Assembly (NCBI GenBank): GCA_951804945.1
Contig: OX638153.1
Location: 57,412,001-57,476,000 of the forward strand
Source of the DNA: Podarcis cretensis
Lineage: Eukaryota
Direction of reading: 5' to 3'
Length of the DNA: 64,000 nt
Part shown: piece by piece, positions 26,927-37,106 of the stretch
How the letters are laid out: each line of letters begins with the position of its first letter
Position numbering within the stretch: position 1 is the stretch's first letter
Notes under the pieces: model-generated
Database searches by the model: none
Told to the model about the DNA's origin: nothing
What the model saw: only the letters and a program-made list of their open reading frames with translations
Position numbers and translations under genes: made by a program

Positions 26927-27290
26927 AAGGTAAAGGTAAAGGTACCCCTGCCCGTACGGGCCAGTCTTGACAGACTCTGGGGTTGTGCGCCCATCTCACT
27001 TAAGAGGCCAGGGGCCAGCGCTGTCCGGAGACACTTCCGGGTTACGTGGCCAGCGTGACATCGCTGCTCTGGCGAGCCACAGCCGCACACGGAAACGCCG
27101 TTTACCTTCCCGCTGGTAAGCGGTCCCTATTTATCTACTTGCACCCGGAGGTGCTTTCGAACTGCTAGGTTGGCAGGCGCTGGGACCGAGCAGCGGGAGC
27201 GCACCCCGCCGCAGGGATTCGAACCGCCGACCTTTCGATCGGCAAGTCCTAGGCGCTGAGGCTTTAACCCACAGCGCCACCTGCGTCCCC
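26927..27290 (-). mobile_element. Full-length young Sauria SINE with TSD
   Basis: Near-identical to the 16970 copy. TSD CTACATGTCTA at 26916-26926 and 27298-27308. Confidence 0.96.
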
Positions 27291-29669
27291 AACATGTCTA
27301 CATGTCTACTCAGGAGTAAATCACATTATGTTCAGTGGAGCTTATTCCAAAGTAAACAGGCAAAGGCTTATAGTCTGAATCTTACTATATTCTCTTTTGT
27401 TATCGTTAACCAAAACATGCTTTCCATTTAGAGCCAAATACCTTTATGCTTCTAATGAGGAGTCAAAGCACTCATTTAGAGGTCACATTTTTTACACTTT
27501 CATACATATCCCACTTCCTTACTAGACAAAAATGAAACACAGCAAAAGGGCTGGGTACAAGTAGACACTGTTAGGTACAGAATCGAACAGGGAGTAAATA
27601 TGGTTGGGTGTCCAGAGTACACCCAGCCCCAACGAGGATAAGCAATTGGTAGTTTAGTTCTTTGTTGGCAAAACACTCAACTACATCACCTCCTAAGGTG
27701 CAAGGGATATACACAACACTCCTACTAATTAGCTAGCTAGGCACCTACTTCTTCAGACTTGTACTCTGGCCCAGACAGTTGGAGCAACCATGCCCCTTCC
27801 AGCCCCCTCACACAAGCAACTGGCGACTTCACCTGCACAGCAGCTCCAGCTGCTCCTGTCACTTTAAGCCCCTCCTTGTCCTTGGAGACAGCAGGGGAGG
27901 GACAGAGGAGCCCCCACCACTGCCCGCCCTGACTCTTCCTCTTCCTCCAACCCCAGCCCCTGCCTCACAGGTGGCACAGAACCCCACAAATCGCTGGCCT
28001 TTCCCCCCACCCCATCCTCCTACCCCTGTGCCTTCTCTGCCCACCTCTTGGGACTCCTGCTTGTCCCTGACATTGGGGAATTCTTTATCTGATTATACAA
28101 AACCTCTGCTGAGGACAAATGTACTCTTCCATCCTCCCAAACATGGGTTGTGCCAAGCTGCTATTTCATTTCGAAAACCAAGAATATTCTACAACTACAG
28201 GTTCACCTACTAACCTGCTTGCTCTAGGCCCTAACTACTCATTCTAGCTTTCCTATATCTGTCAGTTATGTCTAATTATAGGGCAGGTAGCAGCAAGAAG
28301 GACGGCCAGAGGTGCATGAAACTGGGTAAGGTTATTTCCAAAAATGCCACACCCACAACCAGAAAATGTAGATCATTCTTTGTCTATTCTGAAAAGGGTC
28401 TGTACTTTCAGTCTGTGCTTTCTTAACAGCCAGAGCACTAACTGAGAAGCTATACAGGGCTCTTCAATACATTCCCACATGGACAAATCCTAAAAAGCCA
28501 TTATATGGAGCAAATATTCAGAGGCCACAGGCAATAATACAAGAACCAGAACAATGGACTGGATCCTTTGAGTGTCTATCCTAAATCATTAGTGTGCTGG
28601 GAAAGTGAATCCATTTCTCAGAAAACAAGCTGGCAGGGACTTCCTACAGCTCTTCAACATGTTCTAAAAGTGTATCGGGCTCATATGCCTTAATAATTTT
28701 TTTTTTTAAAAAAAGTTCATACCCAGCCCAATTGTGACACCTACAGGAGCAAAGAACTGAAGGGTTCTTAGGAAAGAAATGCATCTTGAAAAATGTGAGG
28801 GGGCAGAAATGGCCACACATCTAAACTTCCTGTCCTTTTCTTAACTAGTTGTAGATTATATACACAAAGCTACAGCCTTTGATAGTATTTCAAGACAAGA
28901 AAGAGTCCTAACCTAACTGTGAGATACAGAAGCCATGCAGAGTTCCATCCTTCATAGGCATGGATTTCACTCAGTTGTTTCAAATAGTTCCTCTATTTCC
29001 TGCCCCCACTAGCTCATCCTAGAGGATGTACGCAGTTATGATGGCAGGATTTTAGGAAGGGTGAAACATACCCGGTGTACAAAGGGGCTGGAAGGAGTGC
29101 TATCATTTCTAGGAATTCATGTTGTGGATATCTTAAGAAAAAAACTATTAAATCAAAAGTGTGTTATAGTTTCATCTTAAGGGAAGAGGAATTCTGTGCC
29201 TCTCTCCTCAAGAACCAGGCCTCTTCACAACAGCGCCCTAGGCGAAGATCATTTTGCAAGGTTCCCATTTCTGCAGTTTTGATTTTCCTTTTGAGTTTTT
29301 CAAGGGTTCAAGTACTGTAACCTTATCTTCTAGGCTGCATTGTGCTGTTCAAAAACAGTAACTACAAGAGGTAGCTGCATTGCAGTGGTAAGAGAGGGTG
29401 CAGAGTGGTAAGAGAGGATGCAGAGTTTGTAAAATGTTCTGGGATTCTGGGAGAGAAAATTGCTGTTTACGCAGAAGAGAGTATTAGAGACTGCCATTAC
29501 TTTTTGGCTTTAAATTCTCTTTCCTAAACACTTCAAAAGAAACTGCAGCAGAATGCAAAGGCTTCCTTGGCCTAAAAATAATATAGCAAAATGAAGTGAA
29601 GAAATGTTCTTTTGGGAAGAAGGAAGGAATGACTGCAGCAAGATGGAAAGAGGATGAGAGGGCTCTTAC

Positions 29670-29808
29670 TTGTAACCAAGGCCCATGTGCTGCATATGGA
29701 TGCTCCTCTGTAGCAAAGGCCCCTTCAACTCCTGTTGACACAAAAGTGATTGCTGTATCTCCCGTAATACTTTTGTATGTAAAGTGCCGTCCATGTAATA
29801 GTCTGCCC
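29670..29808 (-). CDS. SUFU: SUFU coding exon 10 (139 nt): GRLLHGRHFTYKSITGDTAITFVSTGVEGAFATEEHPYAAHGPWLQ
   Basis: Contained in ORF 29484..29876; ccAG acceptor, GTAAGA donor. Confidence 0.98.
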
Positions 29809-30463
29809 CTGGAAGAGTAAATATAAACACTCATAAATGTGATTTCTAAATCCACAGTATCTTCTCCATGTGACACACTGCTATATCATAAGCACTAAAC
29901 TACTCAAGTCTCACAGCATGTAAGCACATTACTCTAAATTCATATAAGGCATAAGCGGGTGAACATAACATGACCACAGGAAGCTATGATTAAGGCCCTT
30001 GCTGACTATTTTGGCCCTGGGTAAAAAAGAAGACGACGACTTAGATTTGACCTGTGTTTCAGTTTCAATACTGATGAGCATAGTGCAGCCTCATGGGTTC
30101 ACACCACAGGGAATTAGCTCCTACACTACTGAGTGTGTTATAAGGGAGCTCAAGTGAAAGCAATTCCATACCAAAACTCCACTTTCGATAACCACACTCA
30201 ATCGTACTCTTCCTCACTAACTGCAATACACAATCTTTCATAAATCAATCAAATCAGCTGACAACTACTTAGGATTCTATCGATACAGGGCTGTATATTG
30301 GACTAAAGTATGATAAAAGCAGTGCCTTGTGTACCAGTGCATTATTATTAGCATGTACATTCACAAGTGAATGTCACGTGGACAAAATGCCTTGTTAAAT
30401 GGTGACAGTGTGCTTGAAGTGACAGTAGCAAGAGGGTGGTAGTTCACAGAAAGCTGTAGTTCG

Positions 30464-30609
30464 CATAATTATAGAGTTGGAATCAACACCGAGGATCATC
30501 TCGTCCAATGCCCTGCAATGCAAGAATATGCAGCCATCCCATACAGGGTTTGAACCTGCAACCTTGGAGTTATCAGCACCACGCTCTAACCAACTGAGCG
30601 AACCAGGCT
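30464..30609 (-). mobile_element. tRNA-Ile-derived SINE with CR1-type tail
   Basis: Head GCCTGGTTCGCTCAGTTGGTTAGAGCGTGGTGCTGATAACTCCAAGGTTGCAGGTTCAAACCC resembles tRNA-Ile. Tail ...ttggacgagatgatcctc...ttccaactcta. Confidence 0.85.
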
Positions 30610-30619
30610 GAATACTCAC

Positions 30620-30754
30620 CTTAAACAAAGTGGAATCAATGCTCCTGATTCCTGGTTGAATTTCAGGTGCACACTCTCAAGCTGTCTTGTGCGAATCAAC
30701 TCATGAGGAATAATTGTTGCTGAGCTTTCACTTTCTAGGCTGTCCTTCCGACTC
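30620..30754 (-). CDS. SUFU: SUFU coding exon 9 (135 nt): SRKDSLESESSATIIPHELIRTRQLESVHLKFNQESGALIPLCL(R)
   Basis: Manual translation; pyrimidine tract plus tAG acceptor, GTGAGT donor. Confidence 0.98.
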
Positions 30755-31170
30755 CTAAGAGAAAGAAAAACATAGGCGTGAATTTAGAGCCCAAGACCAA
30801 AACCTTGCTTTACATCACTTTGTAAAGAAGATTTTTTATTAATGGCAAAGGCAGACAGCTGTGCCCTGGAAAATGGACAACACACTTTTCCAACAGAGAG
30901 GAGCATGGCTGTATGTAACCATCCTCAGCAAAAGTACACACAGGAAGCCACTACAGATACAAAAGCCTTCCCACTGCAGACAGATATTCTCCTTTCCCAA
31001 GGCACAAGGCAAAAAAATAGAGAGAGGCAGGGTGAGGGATGAAACGAACACACTTGTTCCTGCTGCCTCATCTCACAAGTTTCAGGACTTTGAGGCACCT
31101 GAAAATGGCTACACTCTCATTTTAGTATGATCTATATTTTTTAAAGATACTTTCTAGTATCCAGGCTACG

Positions 31171-32891
31171 CTTAGGTCTTGTGATTCTTTCGATTGGATT
31201 TGTGCCTCACTGGGGAAACTGGCCAGAAGTGTCGAGGAAGGGTTGACAAAAAAATTCAAATCCAAGCTTTTGCAAAAAATCATGAAGACATTTGTCAGGA
31301 TTGTATAACCTGAAGGTAATAGCTATGGGTTGGGAATATAGAATCATAGAATTGTAGAGTTGGAAGGGACCCTGAGGATCATCTCATCCAACACCCTGCA
31401 ATGCAGGAATATGCAGCTGTCCCTTACGGGGACTGAACCTGCAACCTTGGGGTTATAAGCACCACTGAGCTATATGCACTGCATGTGAACATCCATCTGA
31501 GAAGTGACCTGATGTCATTTCCCTGCTGGAGGAATCACTTAGAGATGGTAGCATACCATGAAAATATTGGGAACCTGCTAGAGCCAAGCTCCTGCAGTAT
31601 CCATATTAATATTTGTATGCCTACATAAATTTGTTAAGTCATCCAACCTCTCACATAGCCAAGATGTATGTAGCATGCATGTCCCGCTGAGTAAAATAGG
31701 ATGATTCACAAGTAAATATTCATAATATTGCCTTTTCACAGTTAAAGACCCACAGGCATATTTTCCAGAGGATTTTTCACTGCACAGCCTAGCCAGATCC
31801 TATCACAGATGGCCTATTTTTACAGGCATCTTATAAGGCACTGTGAATATCCTCTTCAATGTAGAAACAACCTTACTGCCAATTTTATTATCATAGTGAG
31901 CTTAGAATCAGTGTGAGAAGTTACTGATGCCTCTAGACATCATCTGTGATGATGGAGTCACTAAAGGAAGAATGACCATGTCTGTTAACACTTAGTATTG
32001 ATTCAAATATACATTCACACACAACGGTACCTGAAGACTTGAAACGTCTCCCTAAGTGGTACTCGATAAGTCTGGTTGCCTTAGAAGCAAAGTTTCAATC
32101 ACTGTTATATGGAATTTTAAAGAGATCAGGTCAGTTCTTACAGTGCTGCTTGATTTACATATGGGTGTATATCAGGAGCACAGTCTGAAGGCAGTCTGAG
32201 GTCCAAACACAAGGTCAGAATGAGAAGCAAGATCTGAAGGCAGTCTCAAGTCCAAACATCAGGGTGGTAGCTAGAGGTCCTAGCGAACAGTTTGGTAATC
32301 AGGGGATATTTAAGTCTAGGAGCTGGTACACACATTGTTCCAGGACTCTGTCTAGAAATGAAGGCTTTTAAGCCTCAAGTCTTCAGAGCCCCGACTTGTG
32401 AAGAGTGGCTTATTCTCAAATATCTCTTTGCTCAAGTGGATACTTTATTTCTCAGGCAGGTACCTGCAGCTGGAGATTGACCAATTCTGCACCATTAGGT
32501 ACCTGCACTCTTGAGGACTAGGTGACCACTTGGCAACTGTCTCTAAGACAAAGATGGGGTTACCTGTCCCGAGGGCACAGAATCAACAGATCTCCTTCAA
32601 GAGCCATTGCCAAAGACTGCACCATTGTGATTTTAGCTTCAGGAACTCCATGTGAGCCCTTAAAAAGGATTCCTCCAGGAGGGACATGACATTGGATCAC
32701 TTCTCAGTAGCCGGTTGTTCACATGCAATAAATATCCATAGCTACTGCCTTCAGGTTATACAACCCTGACAAACATGGTCATGATTCTTTGCAAAAGTTT
32801 GGATTTGGAAAACTTTGTCAACCCTTCCTCAACACTTCCTGCCAGTTTCCCCAGTGAGGCACAAATCCAGTGGAAAGAATCACACCTAAGC
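31171..32891. repeat. Long inverted repeat pair (arms about 230 bp: 31171-31540 minus SINE; 32665-32891)
   Basis: For example tgtgcctcactggggaaactggc vs gccagtttccccagtgaggcaca, and ttgtataacctgaagg vs ccttcaggttatacaa. Confidence 0.9.
31338..31472 (-). mobile_element. tRNA-Ile-derived SINE with CR1-type tail, inserted in the left arm of the inverted repeat
   Basis: Homologous to the 30464 copy; ATTCTATGATTCTAT tail; short deletion in the head. Confidence 0.85.
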
Positions 32892-34325
32892 CGGTAGAAG
32901 TTTTATTAATGCCAACCTATCTATAAGATACTAGCCATTCTTTAATAGACGGAAGGCATAAAGAAAGGATGGGGAAGCTACGGTTCTCTGGATATTGCTG
33001 GACTCTAGCTCCTAACATTCCTGGTTATTGGCCACCCTGGTTGGGGCGGATAGAAGAGCCCAACAACATTTGAAGGGCCACTGGGTCCCTACCCTGATTT
33101 AGATTACTATAATCTAAGAGTGAAAAAAGGAAATAAATCTCTCCATGCAAATAGTGAAGAAAGATGTGAACAAAACCCTTTGTGATTTCATCTAAGGCAA
33201 GCATGGGGAATACTTTTCAACAAAGGGCCACAGATTCCCGTCGGCAACCTTCCAGGGTGTTCATGCCAGTCATGCGTACAGCCAGATCCAAAAGCAAGTA
33301 GAGTAATGGATGTGACTCCTACCTTTCTTATAACAGGCTATATCCCAACTATGTACAACTCAGAGATTTCTACACATCTCCACTCTGACAACCAATAGAA
33401 ATGGCAAGGACACATTCCTCCGAGGCAAAAGCACTTGATCAGGGTACAGAGCAGGGCTAGTGAGAAATATGGATGGGGAGAGAGGCCAGAGATTCCCCAC
33501 CCAATTTAATGAACCCTGGCAAGAAGTGCAGAGGAGGATGTCTTCTATGACTCACTGATTTATTCCAGCCCACCATTTCAGAACTGTTGCCATGTGGGTC
33601 ATAGAACATTCAGGTTGATACAGCTGGAACCTCTGGAGAAAATACATTTCACTCGCTGCCAAATGCTTTCAAACTAGATAGGATACAGAACTGCACTGAT
33701 GTATAGGTGGGGGCTTTGTTGTTGTTGTTTTTAAAAAAACCAACCATAGCATGGAGCAGACTCTTGAATATCTTGAATAATGAGTTTGGAAGTTTATCAT
33801 TTTGTTCTAAAATAATTGAACAGCCAATTGACCACTAAGTTAAGCTTTCTTGATCTCCAATGTACATTTAGCAAAATTATCCTGCTACCCACACATTCTA
33901 TTTATCTGACACTAACTCCTAAAAGCAGCATATAGTCACCAGAAGAATATTAAATTTTGGCTGTGAGTCGTGGAAGACTTGCTCCCTGCCTTACTAGCCT
34001 GTTCCACCTGGCTTGGGAGGGCAGAGCCGACTGACTGACTCCAGCTACAAAAGCTGAGGCTGCTGAATAGACTCTTGGGTTGGGGCATTGTTTAGGAGGG
34101 ATTGTTGGGTTTTTTTGGTGCTGTTATATTATTTTTTGTATGTTTATGTTTACATCTTATTTACATCTTATTCATGCAGAAATTGTTCAATAATGGTTGT
34201 GTACTTTTGATATGCTTTATTCATTGTTTTTGACTACTTTTGATATGTTTGTAATTATATAAATCTTTTCACGTGTAAGCCGTCTTGAGCATGGTTTTAA
34301 GTATGGAAAGACGGCATACAAATTA

Positions 34326-34494
34326 CCATGTTTTTCCATGTATAAGACTAGGGGTTTTTTTACCAGAAAATTAGGTTTACAATTGGGGCTTGTCTTATAC
34401 ATAGGTAGTGCTAAAGAGTGTTTTCTTAATTTGGAGTCCCCCAAAATAGGGGGAGTCTTATACATGGGGGCGTCCTATACACGGAAAAATACGG
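34326..34494. mobile_element. Short Tc2/pogo-type MITE
   Basis: TIRs CCATGTTTTTCCATGTATAAGAC / GTCCTATACACGGAAAAATACGG; TA on both sides; inserted in an L2-type tail. Confidence 0.85.
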
Positions 34495-35302
34495 TAAATA
34501 GTGATGGAGAAAATTTTCATCCCTAAGTTGCAAGCTAAGAAAACAGTTGCAAACCTTATGCACACTGGAACCAAACTGTCTTTACTCTGTAGTTATAAGA
34601 AAAAATGAGATTAAGTATTCATCGTAATGCTAAAAAAAGGGCAGAATTCATGCTTATACTCTGATGCACCAACTGTGACAATATATTTGGCTCTAGTGTT
34701 AAAGCAGTAATAATGGCAGCTGTGTGTTTCTCCAGACAGCAATTTACAAGTAAATTTACAAGTTTTGGGGATTAGGCTCACATTATGTTTTTGTATGAGG
34801 TCCACTGCTGAGAGAACCCTAAACCACAGGAGTTCTAGGGCATAATGGAAATAACTGTATCCACTTAGATTTACGTAGCTGTGCTTCTGTTTACAAAACC
34901 CCCAGATAGAACTGTTCTTACTGTAGATTGTGCTCTAGTGTTAACTTGACCACATGAATTGTGCTTCAGTGCCAACTCCTCCATTGCCAAGCCCTAATCA
35001 CAAGATCAGGTTCATTCATCTTACTGAGACAGGGGCTGCTATTGACCAGAGCACCAAACTATACATAAAACAACAATGACCAGAATGCAAATGCCATGTT
35101 GTCCAAATGCAGTGTTATGCATCCAGAATCGCTGTAGCTGGGTCCACAGAACGTCATAGATCAATAGAATATTCCGATACTGTTGTTTAAAGGTGTCTCT
35201 GCAGCTTCAGAAGCCCGTATCTTTTTCTGGCAAGAGTGTAGCTGCACCACTATCAACAGCATATGTTGTGTATCTGATCACAGGTTACATTATAGTTACA
35301 TA

Positions 35303-35658
35303 CAGTGGTGCCCCGCAAGATGAACGCCTCGCAAGACGGAAAACCCACTAGACGAAAGGGTTTTCCGTTTTGGAGGCGCTTCGCAAAACGAATTTCCCTA
35401 TGGGCTTGCTTCGCAAGACGAAAATGTCTTGTGAGTTCCTGCGGGTGTTTCCCCCTTTTCCCCCCCTTTTCCTAAGCCGCTAAGCTGCTTATCAGCTGAT
35501 CCGCTGATAAGCCACTTAACAGCTGATTGCTAAAAGCCGCTAAACCGCTAATAGCGCTAATCCGCTAAGCTGTCAATGGGCTTGCTTCGCAAGACGAAAA
35601 AACCGCTATACGAAGAGCCTCACGGAACGGATTAATTTCGTCTTGCGAGGCACCACTG
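35303..35658 (+). mobile_element. Tigger/pogo-like MITE, family A copy 1 (orientation arbitrary)
   Basis: TIR CAGTGGTGCC(C/T)CGCAAGA(C/T)GAA, TA TSD. Confidence 0.93.
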
Positions 35659-35722
35659 TATTCCAGCATTCATTCTGGACTGATACAGAATAGGCTGTTA
35701 GCATAACAAGGGATATTATGTA

Positions 35723-36450
35723 CCATATTTTTTGCTCTATAAGATGCACATTTCCCCTCTTAAAAAGTAAGGGGAAATGTGTGTGCGTCTTATGCATCGA
35801 ATGCAGGCGGGAGGCTCTGCTCAGCGCTCCCTTTAAAGAGCTGCACACACACTCTGCGCACTCTTTAAAGGGAGCGCGGCTCTTGGGGGAGCCTCAGCTG
35901 CGCGCAGCCTCTCCCGGGCAGGGGATGAAGGCACGCGGCTAAAGAAGAAGCCAGGACAGCGAGCGGGAATCATCCCACTGGCTGTCTTGGCTTAAGCCAT
36001 AGCCGCGCGCAGCCTCTCCCGGCCAGAGAGGCTGCGCGCAGCTAAAGAAGCCAGGACAGCAAGCGGGATCCCGCTGGCTGTTCTAACTTTTGGCTTAGCC
36101 ACGGCATAAAGTCTCCGCAAGGGAGTGGGGAGCCTTCATCCCGCTGCCCTGCGGAGGCTTTGCGCAGCTATCCCTGGCTTTTGCGGGAGGTGGGAGAAGG
36201 GACAGAGCGTGCGGCTCTTGCGGGAGGAAAGCTAGTAGGCTTGCTTTTGCTGAAGCCAGGAGGGCAAGAGGGATCGGTGCGCACCAATCCCGCTTGCTCT
36301 CCTGGCTTCAGGGATAGCCCTGCAAAGCCTCCTGAGCGAAGATGGAGGAGCGCTCCCTCTAAGCTCAGGATGCTTTGCGTTCTTATTTTCCTCCCCTAAA
36401 AACTAGGTGCGTCCAATCGTCTGGTGCGTCTAATAGAGCGAAAAATACAG
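35723..36450 (+). mobile_element. Tc2/pogo-type non-autonomous element with internal GC-rich palindrome array
   Basis: TIRs CCATATTTTTTGCTCTATAAGATGCAC / GTGCGTCTAATAGAGCGAAAAATACAG, TA TSD; at least 7 internal hairpins. Confidence 0.9.
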
Positions 36451-37097
36451 TACTTTTCTTTCTCAGAAAAATGAACAGAACAGATTTAAAAGTCCATGAA
36501 CCCTCCACATGCCTTTTGCTGCTGCAATTTCCTCCTTAAAGCTCTGCCTGCTCCAGTATTCCAGAAGTCTGTTCCCCTAACCTGAACTGTGCCTCATTTC
36601 CTGGCTTGACCACATCCTGATGAGCTTCTTCTCAAAACATGACAATATATTAAGTCCCTGGAATAAGCTCCCCGTAACCCATATGTGATTCAGATTTGCT
36701 GGTTCTAACTCTTAAACCAAGAGATTTTCTTTACAGAGTGACTCCAGAAGCATAGAATTCCCCATATAATTTGTCTCCTAAGTGAAGGCCCTTCTCTTTG
36801 CCTTGCCAACCTTTGAATGGGAGGGTACTGGAAGGGCCACCCACACATTAGAAGTTCAATAACCTACACACTAAGCTGAAAACCAAGTATGCAGGAGATT
36901 TTCACATTCTTCAAGCATGAATGAAAATCCATGCCTGGCCTTTGGAAAAGAAGGCAACCTAGATAGTGGGGGGGGGGGAATCAGTGTGGGAGGGGAGGAA
37001 CCCAATAATTCATTACTGCACTCTCTTTTATCTAAAAATTATAGCTTTAAAAATGACAATTAAGCATGCCTTTTGTTTCAATTACTTGTATTTTTGT

Positions 37098-37106
37098 GAC
37101 CACCCA
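37098..37106 (+). promoter_or_regulatory. GLI consensus site GACCACCCA in intron 8
   Basis: Exact match; variant GGCCACCCA at 36835-36843. Function untested. Confidence 0.35.

Noticed and set aside
30535-30609. Functional tRNA-Ile(GAT) gene
   Set aside because: Acceptor stem and A box are degenerate, it is fused to a CR1-type tail, and a second decayed copy is nearby; it is a SINE head.
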